From: Ignicoccus hospitalis KIN4/I
GTDB taxonomy: Archaea; Thermoproteota; Thermoprotei_A; Sulfolobales; Ignicoccaceae
Length of the DNA: 32,000 bases
Direction: 5' to 3'
NCBI RefSeq assembly: GCF_000017945.1
Contig: NC_009776.1
Span: 540,001 to 572,000, forward strand
The position numbers and the translations under genes were made by a program. The notes beneath the pieces are model-generated. The model ran no database searches, had not been told where the DNA came from, and was given only the letters and a program-made list of their open reading frames with translations. Shown here piece by piece: positions 17,747 through 26,217 of the stretch. Each line of letters begins with the position of its first letter. The stretch's first letter is position 1.

Positions 17747-17785
17747 CTCGCCCTCAGATTCCACAAGCCTTGAGGAAAGTGCGAG
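17747..17785. other. Nested stem-loop element of unknown function
   Basis: CTCGC CCTCA (gattccacaagcct) TGAGG aaagt GCGAG: two stacked 5-bp helices with a 5-nt 3' bulge, upstream of the tRNA gene. Confidence 0.35.
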
Positions 17786-17795
17786 ACGTGTGCTA

Positions 17796-17806
17796 AAATT
17801 TTATTA
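17796..17806 (+). promoter_or_regulatory. Box A promoter for tRNA-Lys
   Basis: AAAATTTTATTAA about 30 nt upstream of the tRNA 5' end. Confidence 0.6.
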
Positions 17807-17835
17807 ACCCCCACCGGTCCCCAAGCCCACGGAGC

Positions 17836-17944
17836 GGGCCCGTAGCTCAGCCTGGTAGAGCGGCGGGCTCTTAACCCGTAGAGGCGGGGCTTGGCCCGTT
17901 TCCCGCCGCGGAAGTCCCGGGTTCAAATCCCGGCGGGCCCGCCA
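17836..17944 (+). tRNA. tRNA-Lys(CTT) with a 32-nt intron (17882-17913) at position 45/46 and encoded CCA
   Basis: Acceptor GGGCCCG/CGGGCCC, D arm GCTC-AGCCTGGTA-GAGC, anticodon arm GCGGG-CTCTTAA-CCCGT (anticodon CTT at 17870-17872), T arm CCGGG-TTCAAAT-CCCGG, G73 then CCA at 17942-17944; removal of 32 nt leaves a normal 74-nt tRNA with variable loop AGGTC. Confidence 0.93.
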
Positions 17945-18009
17945 CACGGCGGCCAAGGGCTCCTACAACTTTACCTCCCCCTCCTAACCCTTACCGGAGG
18001 CCGCTGAGC

Positions 18010-19266
18010 TTGAGGATAGCCGTCGTTGGTCTCGGTTACGTCGGCCTACCCTTGGCGACCGCCCTAGCTTCCAAGGGCTTCGAAGTCGTGGGGATCGATA
18101 TAGACGAGAAGAAGGTGGAGAAGGTAAACAAGGGCGTAGCGCCAATAGAGGAGCCCAAGCTCCCAGAGATGCTAAAAGAGGTAGTCTCCAAAGGCTTATT
18201 GAGGGCGACTACGAACTACGACGTTATAGGTGAGACGGACGCTGCAATAATAGCGGTCCCTACCCCCGTGAAGGGAGGGAAGGCCGACCTAAGCTACTTG
18301 GAGTCCGCGCTGAGGGAAATAGGCAAGAGGATGAAGGAGGGTTACTTGGTGGTGATCGAGTCCACCATCCCCCCGGGCACCACCCAAGGGTTAGCGAAGA
18401 GGGTGCTAGAGGAGGCCAGCGGCCTGAAGCACGGCGAGTTCTACTTGGCCCACGCCCCGGAGAGGCTCGCGCCGGGGAAGGCGATGGAAGAGCTCTTCAA
18501 GGTGCCGAAGCTCGTGGGGGGCTTGACGGAGGAAGACGCTAAGAGGGCCGCCTCTATATATTCCAAGCTTACTGAGGGAGGTGTAATAATTACCAGCGCG
18601 ATAAACGCGGAGATGAGCAAGCTCGCAGAGAACACCTTCCGGGACCTCAACATAGCCTTCGCCAATGCGCTGGCACTTCTCGCCGAGAAGCTCGGGGCAG
18701 ACGTGTGGGAGGTGATAAAGCTGGCGAACACCCACCCAAGGGTAAACATCCACTTGCCGGGGCCCGGCGTGGGGGGCCCGTGCCTCACGAAAGATCCCTA
18801 CATGTTGGCAGAACCCATGGAGGATACGTCTAAAAACTTAATAATCACGGCTAGAAAAATAAATGAGAGGATGCCTCACCACTTCGCGGAGCTCGTCAAG
18901 AACATGGTAAAGCGCGGGGAGAAGGTGGCGCTTCTAGGGCTAGCCTACAAAGGAGGGGTGGACGACATAAGGGAAAGCCCCACCTTGAAGATCTACGACC
19001 TCCTCAAAGACGATTACGAGGTGGCCGTACACGACCCCTACGTTAAGGAAGCTCCGATACCCTTCACCAACGACTTGTTGAGCGCGGTGAGGGGGGCGAG
19101 CTTGATAGCAGTAGTTACCGACCACCCAGATTACAAGGAAATAGACTGGGGGGAGGTGGCCAAGGTAGTTAAAGAGAAGAAAGTGTTGGACGGCAGGAAC
19201 GTGGTACCTAAGGAAGAAGTGTTGAAATTCGGGTTCGTCTACAAGGCGTTGGGCGTGGGCACTTGA
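18010..19266 (+). CDS. wecC: UDP-N-acetyl-D-mannosamine dehydrogenase / UDP-sugar dehydrogenase family
   Basis: TTG start; RIAVVGLGYVGLPLATALASKGFEVVGIDID, STIPPGTT, AEMSKLAENTFRDLNIAFANALA, GPGVGGPCLTKDPY, LLGLAYKGGVDDIRESPT. Confidence 0.88.
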   Translation: MRIAVVGLGYVGLPLATALASKGFEVVGIDIDEKKVEKVNKGVAPIEEPKLPEMLKEVVSKGLLRATTNYDVIGETDAAIIAVPTPVKGGKADLSYLESALREIGKRMKEGYLVVIESTIPPGTTQGLAKRVLEEASGLKHGEFYLAHAPERLAPGKAMEELFKVPKLVGGLTEEDAKRAASIYSKLTEGGVIITSAINAEMSKLAENTFRDLNIAFANALALLAEKLGADVWEVIKLANTHPRVNIHLPGPGVGGPCLTKDPYMLAEPMEDTSKNLIITARKINERMPHHFAELVKNMVKRGEKVALLGLAYKGGVDDIRESPTLKIYDLLKDDYEVAVHDPYVKEAPIPFTNDLLSAVRGASLIAVVTDHPDYKEIDWGEVAKVVKEKKVLDGRNVVPKEEVLKFGFVYKALGVGT

Positions 19267-20348
19267 TAGCCGTGGTCGTGGGCACCAGGCCAGAAATAAT
19301 AAAGATGGCGCCGGTGGTCCTCGAGCTCGAGAGCAGAGGAATAGACTACACCTTCGTTCACACCGGCCAACACTACGACTACGAAATGTCGAAGATTTTC
19401 ATAGAGGAGTTGGGGCTGCCGGAGCCCCACTTCAGCTTCGAGTTGAAGGGCTCCACCCCGGGAGAGCAAATAGGCGAAATGATAATCCACTTGGACAAAA
19501 TTTCGCAAGAGAGGAAGCCTAAGGTGGTCGCCGTCCAAGGCGACACCAACAGCATGGTGGCAGCGGCGATCGCGGCGCTGAAGGTCGGGGCGGAGGTCGC
19601 CCACGTGGAGGCGGGGCTGCGGAGCTACGACTGGAGGATGCCAGAAGAGCACAACAGGAGGATGATAGACCACGTGTCCAAATACCTCTTCGCCCCCACG
19701 GAAGACGCGAAGAGGAACTTGGAGGAGGAGATGGTTTACGGAGAGATTTACGTAACCGGCAACACAGTCATCGACGCGTTAGACAGATACATGGGCTTGG
19801 CCGAAGAGAGGTCGAAGGAGGTGTTAGAAAAGGTACCCTTCGACGAGTTCGGCGTGGTTACCTTCCACCGCGCCGAGAACGTCGACAACCCACAAACGCT
19901 TAAGGACTTCGTTAGGATACTGGAGAGGTCGCCCATACCCTTGGTATACCCAGTTCACCCCAGGACTAGGAAGAGGTTGCTCGAGTTCGGCTTGTGGGAC
20001 AGAGTAAAGAGAATACCTCACTTGATGATCACTGAGCCTTTGGGTTACCTAGAATTCATAGGCCTGTTGAAGAACTCGAAGATAGTCTTGTCCGACTCCG
20101 GAGGGTTGCAAGAAGAAGTCACCCACCCCAAGATACGCAAGCGGATAATCGTTCTGAGGACCTCAACCGAGAGGCCCGAGGCCATAAAGAGCGGGTTCGC
20201 CTACGTAGTGGGCACCAACCCGGTAGTTGTGCTGGCTACCTTGGAGAGGGCCTTGAACGAGGGCGCCCCGCTCCCGGAGGCATCGCCTTTTGGGGACGGC
20301 AAAGCTGGTAAGAGGATAGTGGACGTCTTGGAGAGGGTCGGGTCGTGA
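19263..20348 (+). CDS. wecB: UDP-N-acetylglucosamine 2-epimerase
   Basis: GTRPEIIKMAPVV, FVHTGQHYDYEMS, VQGDTNSMVAAAIAA, HVEAGLRSYDWRMPEEHNRRMIDHVS, SDSGGLQEE; overlaps the preceding stop by 4 nt. Confidence 0.93.
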   Translation: MIAVVVGTRPEIIKMAPVVLELESRGIDYTFVHTGQHYDYEMSKIFIEELGLPEPHFSFELKGSTPGEQIGEMIIHLDKISQERKPKVVAVQGDTNSMVAAAIAALKVGAEVAHVEAGLRSYDWRMPEEHNRRMIDHVSKYLFAPTEDAKRNLEEEMVYGEIYVTGNTVIDALDRYMGLAEERSKEVLEKVPFDEFGVVTFHRAENVDNPQTLKDFVRILERSPIPLVYPVHPRTRKRLLEFGLWDRVKRIPHLMITEPLGYLEFIGLLKNSKIVLSDSGGLQEEVTHPKIRKRIIVLRTSTERPEAIKSGFAYVVGTNPVVVLATLERALNEGAPLPEASPFGDGKAGKRIVDVLERVGS

Positions 20349-20605
20349 AGGTGTGCATGCGGGTGGTAAAGGTCGAGGGCGAGTGCGCCGCCGGCTACGA
20401 GGTCGGGGACGAAATATGCTTCGAAGGGTTTAGGCTGGTCTCCTTTACTAAGCCCGTCTGCTTACACTTGTTGGCCTCCGCTCTACACGTGGTATACGCG
20501 ATGTTAAAGGGGATAAATCCCGAAGAGATGGGCTTCGAGGACGGGTTGTTGAGGTGCCCGGACCCGAAGAGAGGGAGCGTTACGGTGAAGTTGGAAAGGC
20601 GGTAG
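20345..20605 (+). CDS. Small TIGR04076-like protein
   Basis: 86 aa; MRVVKVEGECAAGYEVGDEICFEG...CLHLLASALHVVYAMLKG...CPDPKRGSVTVKLER. Confidence 0.75.
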   Translation: MKVCMRVVKVEGECAAGYEVGDEICFEGFRLVSFTKPVCLHLLASALHVVYAMLKGINPEEMGFEDGLLRCPDPKRGSVTVKLERR

Positions 20606-20859
20606 CGCTGGAGGTCCTCTCGCTTTTTGCACTAACTCTGACGCCGCCCTACGTAGAGGCAGTCTTGGGCGCCCTGGTCGCGTGGTACTTCTACTCCCGA
20701 ATAATGTTGGTCGGGCCGTTCGAGGGCAGCTCGGGGCGCCTCTTGGCCTTCTTAATCGTTGCCCTCCCCTACCCGCTGCTGGCGCTTGCTTTAGCGGACG
20801 CGGACCTCCTCTACGGCCTCCTCATAGCTTTTGCGTACTGGGTGAGAGTTTGGAGGTGA
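20554..20859 (+). CDS. Small multi-TM membrane protein
   Basis: ORF with hydrophobic segments (VLSFLALTLTPPYVEAVLGALVAWYFY, LLAFLIVALPYPLLALALADADLLYGLLIAFAYW); exact start uncertain because of the 52-nt overlap. Confidence 0.6.
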   Translation: MPGPEERERYGEVGKAVALEVLSLFALTLTPPYVEAVLGALVAWYFYSRIMLVGPFEGSSGRLLAFLIVALPYPLLALALADADLLYGLLIAFAYWVRVWR

Positions 20860-21857
20860 CGCTGGTCTACAACGTCCCCAAGCCCTTTGGCGGGGCGTAC
20901 GTGCACTTGCTGAACAACGTCTTGGGCGCCGCGAGGGCGGGCTTCGCGGTGAAGCTCTTCCCTCGCACGGGGATCTCCAAATACATTAAGGAGGACTTGA
21001 AGTTCCTGGGGTTCGACATAGCTGTAGAGGAAGCAGACGGGGTCGAGGGGTTGGTGTACCTACGCCCTTCGGACATAAGGAGCGACCTCAAGTACGTCAG
21101 GAACATAAATAACATAGACGTGATTGAAGTTAACTCCATGCCCTTGTGGCTCGCGGCGGAAGGCGCTGTAGGGCTCAAGGGGCCGGCGAAGTTCCTCGCG
21201 TCGGTCGTTAGGGATGTATTGGTCAGAATTATGTTAATGAGGTCTAAAAGAGTGGTTACGGTAAGTTCGATGGCGGCTAAGCTGTTAAAGAGGGACGCGC
21301 TGGTCGAGGCGAGGGTGGTGCCCAACCAGCCCTTACCCGGCATGGGGGAGAGGGTCGGGGCCGGGAGGTACTTGTGCTTCCCCTCCTCCTACTATTACAG
21401 CTACCAAGGTTTGGACGTCTTCTTGAAGGCTGTGAAGATGTTCGACCTAAAGGACTACGTATTGCTAATAGGTAAGGTCAACGTCGGCGGCTTGAAGAGC
21501 GTGGTCGCCAAGGGCGTTAGGGAGCTAGTTAAGGCATATTCGCTCTGCAAGGCAGTGATATCGCCGCATAAAGACAGCACCCCCGTCCCGTTCTTCGGGT
21601 CCCCGACCAAGGTGGTAGACGCCTTAGCCGCTAACAAAGCCTTAGTCGTCTCAGACTTGCCCAGCATAAGGGAGACCATAGAGGCCAACTTAAAGGGCGG
21701 GTGGGATTGCATAAGGTTCGTGAAGAGCGGCGACCCGGTCAGCTTGGGAGAGGCAATGGTAGAGGTCCTAAGGGAGGGCCCCGAGTGCAACTACGAATTG
21801 AAGGAAGGCCCGATATCCCGCTTCTGGCTCGAACTTTACAACGAGGAGGCCAAGTAG
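20856..21857 (+). CDS. Glycosyltransferase-like protein (GT-B, family 4-like)
   Basis: In-frame GTG at 20856 gives (M)TLVYNVPKPFGGAYVHLLNNVLGAARAGFAVKLF...VVTVSSMAAKLL...SPHKDSTPVPFFGSPTKVVDALAANKALVVSDLPSIRE; the longer ORF start at 20682 overlaps the upstream membrane ORF. Confidence 0.8.
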   Translation: MTLVYNVPKPFGGAYVHLLNNVLGAARAGFAVKLFPRTGISKYIKEDLKFLGFDIAVEEADGVEGLVYLRPSDIRSDLKYVRNINNIDVIEVNSMPLWLAAEGAVGLKGPAKFLASVVRDVLVRIMLMRSKRVVTVSSMAAKLLKRDALVEARVVPNQPLPGMGERVGAGRYLCFPSSYYYSYQGLDVFLKAVKMFDLKDYVLLIGKVNVGGLKSVVAKGVRELVKAYSLCKAVISPHKDSTPVPFFGSPTKVVDALAANKALVVSDLPSIRETIEANLKGGWDCIRFVKSGDPVSLGEAMVEVLREGPECNYELKEGPISRFWLELYNEEAK

Positions 21858-22786
21858 TCCGCGTACTTGCGGCTGAGGGCCCTTCGGTCGTACTTCTCCT
21901 CCGCCAGCCTCCTAGCCCTAGCGCCGGCCTCCGGGCAGACGTCCAAGCACTCCTTCAGCTTCGCCTTCAGCTCTTCAGGGGAGCTCGCGTAAACGCCTAT
22001 GCCCTCCTCCTCCACCAGCCGCTTCAGCTCCCCCGCGGGAGGCCCGTAGGCGAAGACGCAGAGCCCCAAGGCCATGTAGTCGTACGTCTTGAGGGGTATG
22101 GTCATCTCGTAGGTCTTCCCCCTCCAAGGCCTCGGTATGACGCCTATCGAGTACTTACACCCCACCTCCTTCAAGCGCTCGTAAGGCACTCGTCCGACCC
22201 CTCCGTACTTCTCCGAGCCTGGGCCCACCAGGGCGAGGTCCAGCTCCATTTCCCTCGCAACGCCTAAGAAGGGCCTCACGGGCAAGTAAGGGTTGGAGAA
22301 GTCCGCTATCAGCAAGGCTCCGCGCTCCCTTCTATCCTCGTCGCACTTGAGGGCCTCGGGGTCGGTCCCGTTCTCTATAACAAGAACTTCCTTGCCCGTG
22401 AGCCTCTCGTAGTGCTCGGCGATGCTCCGGGTGGTCGCCACCAACAAGTCGCTCCGCCTCAGCTTCCCCAAGTACCGTGCCACGATGGGGGCCGTCGCCA
22501 AGCCCTTCAGAAGCCCACCTTCCCTAGCATAGACGTCCCAAGGGTCCCTCAAGTCGCCCACGAGTTTTGTCCCCCTCGCCGCGAAGGCCACGTAGGCCGG
22601 GGGCGCGCTGAATAGCACGACCTCGTCGGTAACCTTCTTAGGCCTCAAGTAGGTTAACCTACTCTTCGGTAAGTTTATCTCTTTTACCTCGAAGCCCCTC
22701 TCCTCTAAGGCCTCCCTCAAATACCTCATCCTCAAGGCCGGCGGCGAGTCGCGCGAGCTCGCCGAGTAGAGCAGCGTAACTCTCAT
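21836..22786 (-). CDS. Glycosyltransferase (GT-B fold)
   Basis: 316 aa; KLVGDLRDPWDVYARE, LLVATTRSIAEHYERLTGKEVLVIENGTDPEAL, YMALGLCVFAYGPPAGEL. Confidence 0.82.
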   Translation of the reverse strand: MRVTLLYSASSRDSPPALRMRYLREALEERGFEVKEINLPKSRLTYLRPKKVTDEVVLFSAPPAYVAFAARGTKLVGDLRDPWDVYAREGGLLKGLATAPIVARYLGKLRRSDLLVATTRSIAEHYERLTGKEVLVIENGTDPEALKCDEDRRERGALLIADFSNPYLPVRPFLGVAREMELDLALVGPGSEKYGGVGRVPYERLKEVGCKYSIGVIPRPWRGKTYEMTIPLKTYDYMALGLCVFAYGPPAGELKRLVEEEGIGVYASSPEELKAKLKECLDVCPEAGARARRLAEEKYDRRALSRKYADYLASSL

Positions 22787-22835
22787 CGTTGCGACCCCCG
22801 CTATACGCAGCGCAGACCTTTTACGGGTAGGTCAC

Positions 22836-24044
22836 GTGAGGCGCGCGTTAGCTTTGCTCGCGTTCGCGACGTTGGCCCTCGCTATAACGAACGACACCAT
22901 AAAGTTGGGATACCGGGACCTCGTGGACTACTTCGTCGGTGCCCAACGGCCTTGTGGGGGATTTTTTGATTGTGAACCTAACTATTACCGTAGCGACGCG
23001 CTCATAGCATATTACCTCGCCCCCGAGGACCCCCTAACGCTCGACGCGGCCGAGGTCTTCGTGAAAAATGTCTTCTTGAAGGAGTACGACCTCTGGTACC
23101 TCATGGACCCTAACAACAAGATATACACTTGGTGGCCCTTGTTCAACGCGCTAGCCTTACTAAGCTCAAACATAAGCGATGACCTGGTAGTCGCTGTAGA
23201 AAATATAATAAGCAAGAACTTCGGGCCCAGGGGGCTGAGGACTTGCCTCCCGCTCTACTACCAGAACTACTTCGGCTGGGTGCCGTACGACTTAATGTCC
23301 ACGCTTTTAGCGTTAGCCATCGCAAAGAAGAGCGAAATCGTCGACAAGAACTTAGACTTCCAAAAGCTTAACTCTACCTTAGAGCCGAACTTCTGGAACG
23401 TCTTGAAGAAGTACCTAAGAGGGGAGATAAACGCCCGTCTCAGAAAGGACTACGTGGTCGCTTGGTTATCCTTGCTGGCCATGGGTCAAGGCGCGAAGCT
23501 TAGGGCCGAGGTGTGTGGCATTCTCAACCAGACGTACTTCAAAAAGGTGTATTACTCATATACCAATCTGACCCCAGTGGACTTCGACGCCCAAGCCACC
23601 TCCTTGCTCATCGACGCTTCACTAACTTGTTCTGCCTTCGGACACCTAAACTCCACGTACGCAAGGAAGGTGGCCGAGTGGCTGCTGGAGTCTTACATAA
23701 TACGTAACGGCGGAGAGTGGCCGCGCAGATTCGAGGCGCTCTCCGCCTTGAGGACTTTGATGGGCTTCCCGTCTTTGAACTTCGAGCTGGTTTCCACGGA
23801 AAAGTGGCCTCAGAGGGAGATTGAGGAGCAGCTCCAGAACTCGACCCAGAGCGCAACGGTACCTACAATAATAGAGACAAAGACTGTGCACGAGACAGTG
23901 ACCTTGAGCTCGTCCACCACCAAGACCATAGAGGTGGGGCTGCCCTTCGGGGGCTTGCTGGGGCTCTTGCCCTTCGGAGTTAGGAGGCTCAGTAGTAGAA
24001 GGAAAAGAGGACCTTCATGCTCCGGTAGGCCTTCTCCCAAGTAG
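22836..24044 (+). CDS. Secreted/anchored protein with an alpha-helical body and a Thr/Ser-rich stalk
   Basis: GTG start; signal peptide MRRALALLAFATLALA, large helical domain, then TVPTIIETKTVHETVTLSSSTTKTIEVGLPFGGLLGLLPFG and a basic tail. Confidence 0.7.
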   Translation: MRRALALLAFATLALAITNDTIKLGYRDLVDYFVGAQRPCGGFFDCEPNYYRSDALIAYYLAPEDPLTLDAAEVFVKNVFLKEYDLWYLMDPNNKIYTWWPLFNALALLSSNISDDLVVAVENIISKNFGPRGLRTCLPLYYQNYFGWVPYDLMSTLLALAIAKKSEIVDKNLDFQKLNSTLEPNFWNVLKKYLRGEINARLRKDYVVAWLSLLAMGQGAKLRAEVCGILNQTYFKKVYYSYTNLTPVDFDAQATSLLIDASLTCSAFGHLNSTYARKVAEWLLESYIIRNGGEWPRRFEALSALRTLMGFPSLNFELVSTEKWPQREIEEQLQNSTQSATVPTIIETKTVHETVTLSSSTTKTIEVGLPFGGLLGLLPFGVRRLSSRRKRGPSCSGRPSPK

Positions 24045-26217
24045 CGAGGCACCCGGCCCTTCCAGACGTCAACAGCTCCTTGAGCTGTTCCACCTCTTCT
24101 CTCCACCCCTTCGCTTGCTCGCCGAGTGTGACGAGGTTGCCCTCCGCGTTCGGCGAGTAGCGGGAGCAGAGCTCCTCGCACCTCTTCACCCACTGAGCGT
24201 AGTCGCCGTAAAACTCGACACGTTTGTAATCATATACTTTAACTCCGACCTTGCCCTCTACGAACACTTCGATCAATTCTTTTTCAACGTCCTTTGGGTT
24301 GAGAGAGGTGTAGACTATATTTGCCAACGCCCGTTCGAACGCTATGGAGGAGGACCACAAGTCCGTGTCGTACAGGCTCGCGTTGTCCGGCGGGACGAAG
24401 ACTGCCGAGCCCTTAAGCGCCTCTCTACCTTCGAAAATCGCTAAAGCGTAATCCACGAAGTGGCAGCCCTCGCCCAAGTACCTCCCGCCCTCCTCCGGCG
24501 AGTAGACCCAGTGGTCCTTGGGCAGCTTCCCGGCCGCCACCCGGTATGAAAGGGTGGCCGCTCGGTCGCCCACGACCTCCTTGATGAGCTGCGTTATGGG
24601 GGAGCACCTCCTGTTGAAGCCCACGACCACTTCTTTCCCACTCTCCTTCACGAGCTCGTTTATCTCTTCCAGCTGCTCCGGGGTAAGCACCGGGGGCTTC
24701 TCGACGTATATCACGGAGGCCTTGGAGTTGAGGAGGGCGTCCTTGAGTATGGGGTAATGTTGGCTGTGGCGGGTAGCTATTATTATTAGGTTTTCCTCCC
24801 TCTCCAAGACGTCCTTATAATTTGTGGTCGAGAACTTGAACCCCTTCTTGAGCAAGTCCTTAGCTTTGAGTGGGTCCGTAACGGCCACGCCGTTGAGTTC
24901 GAACACCTCCTTAACTATCGGATACAACACGTTCGACGCGAAGCTCCCGAAGCCTATGAACGAAGCGGTGGGCTTGGAGCCCTTCTTCACGACTTGTGCC
25001 GGAGCGCCTCCGCTTATCTCGATAAGCGATACTATGCTGCTCTCCTTTAGATACTTTTCATAATCGTAGGAGATGAGCGCGGTCAAGCCGTTTATCTTAC
25101 CTTCTAAGAGGTCTTGGTAGGCCTTGGGGGCCTCTTCTACCGGGTACACCGCGCCGACCACTCCCTCTAGGTCCACGTACCCCTCGGCGAGCAGCCTCAA
25201 GTACTCCTTCATGTTCCTCTCTTCGGTCCAGCGAACGTAGCCTATTGGGTAGTCCACCCCTCCCAGCTCGTATACGGGGTCGTACCTGCCTGGGCCGTAA
25301 GAGACAGATATCCTTATCTCGGCGTCCTTCAAGTACATCCTAGTCCGGTCGAACTGCATCGGGAAGGCGCCCAGCACTACCACCTTACCCCTGTGCCTCA
25401 GCATGTCTAGGGCTAGGTCAATTAGGCCCGGCTTGTCCGAGGAGGCCGCTATTATCACCGCGTCCGCCCCGAAGCCCTCGGTCAATTCCATTACCTTCTC
25501 CACGGGGTTCACCGAGGTGCTGTTGAACGCTAAGACTCCCTTGGACCTCGCCAGCTCCACCCTCTTGTCGTTTATGTCGAAGCCCACTACCTTCAAATTG
25601 TAGGACTTCGCTATCTGCGCGGCCAAGTTTCCTATTAGGCCCAAGCCTATTATGGCGACGGAATCCCCTTGGTGGAGTTCTGCCCTCCTAATCCCCTGGA
25701 GGGCTATCGCCCCTAAGGCCACAGTCGAGGCCTCCTTCAATCCCAAGCCCTCTGGGATCTTGACCGCGAGCCTCCTCGGGGTCGCGTTGAGCTCCGCGTG
25801 GCTGGCGAAGCCCACGCCGGCGATCGCTACGGCGTCGCCCTTATTGACGTCAATTACCCCGCTTCCCTTCCCTATCACGTACCCGCTGGCGCTGTAACCG
25901 CTGAACCTCCCCTTTACCGCTACTTCCTTCGCCTTCTGGTAGTACTTAAGTAACTCCTTTAGGCCCCCTTCGCGTATCTTCTGCAAAGCTAAGCGCGCGT
26001 AGTAGGGGTTCTCGAGGACCATCCTCACAGGCTTGGGCAAGGGGAGCTTGTCAAGCAACCAGCCCTCTTTGACCTTCTTGGCCCTTAAGGAGGCCAGCTC
26101 CGTGCCGGCGCTTATGGCGGAGTACGCGGTAGCGACTAGGACCATGTTGTCCCCGACGCGGGGAGGGGGAACTTCCTCCACCGAAACCTTGGACCCCTTA
26201 ATTACTACCGCCTTCAC
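23989..26217 (-). CDS. Two-domain oxidoreductase: zinc-type alcohol dehydrogenase-like (MDR) fused to Gfo/Idh/MocA dehydrogenase
   Basis: 742 aa; N-terminal MDR domain (ALGAIALQGIRRAELHQGDSVAIIGLGLIGNLAAQIAKSYNLKVVGFD) and C-terminal GFO_IDH_MocA domain (ASFIGFGSFASNVLYPIVKE...VIYVEKPPVLTPEQL...VVGFNRRCSP...GRYLGEGCHFVDYALAIF). Confidence 0.9.
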   Translation of the reverse strand: MKAVVIKGSKVSVEEVPPPRVGDNMVLVATAYSAISAGTELASLRAKKVKEGWLLDKLPLPKPVRMVLENPYYARLALQKIREGGLKELLKYYQKAKEVAVKGRFSGYSASGYVIGKGSGVIDVNKGDAVAIAGVGFASHAELNATPRRLAVKIPEGLGLKEASTVALGAIALQGIRRAELHQGDSVAIIGLGLIGNLAAQIAKSYNLKVVGFDINDKRVELARSKGVLAFNSTSVNPVEKVMELTEGFGADAVIIAASSDKPGLIDLALDMLRHRGKVVVLGAFPMQFDRTRMYLKDAEIRISVSYGPGRYDPVYELGGVDYPIGYVRWTEERNMKEYLRLLAEGYVDLEGVVGAVYPVEEAPKAYQDLLEGKINGLTALISYDYEKYLKESSIVSLIEISGGAPAQVVKKGSKPTASFIGFGSFASNVLYPIVKEVFELNGVAVTDPLKAKDLLKKGFKFSTTNYKDVLEREENLIIIATRHSQHYPILKDALLNSKASVIYVEKPPVLTPEQLEEINELVKESGKEVVVGFNRRCSPITQLIKEVVGDRAATLSYRVAAGKLPKDHWVYSPEEGGRYLGEGCHFVDYALAIFEGREALKGSAVFVPPDNASLYDTDLWSSSIAFERALANIVYTSLNPKDVEKELIEVFVEGKVGVKVYDYKRVEFYGDYAQWVKRCEELCSRYSPNAEGNLVTLGEQAKGWREEVEQLKELLTSGRAGCLATWEKAYRSMKVLFSFYY

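Noticed and set aside
17747-17835. RNase P RNA based on a GAGGAAAGT string
   Set aside because: Only a partial CR-I-like string is present and the tRNA gene starts too soon for a conventional RNase P RNA to fit.
20682-20855. Long N-terminal extension of the glycosyltransferase ORF
   Set aside because: The extension is Pro/Arg/Leu-rich and overlaps the membrane protein; GTG 20856 gives a normal GT N-terminus.
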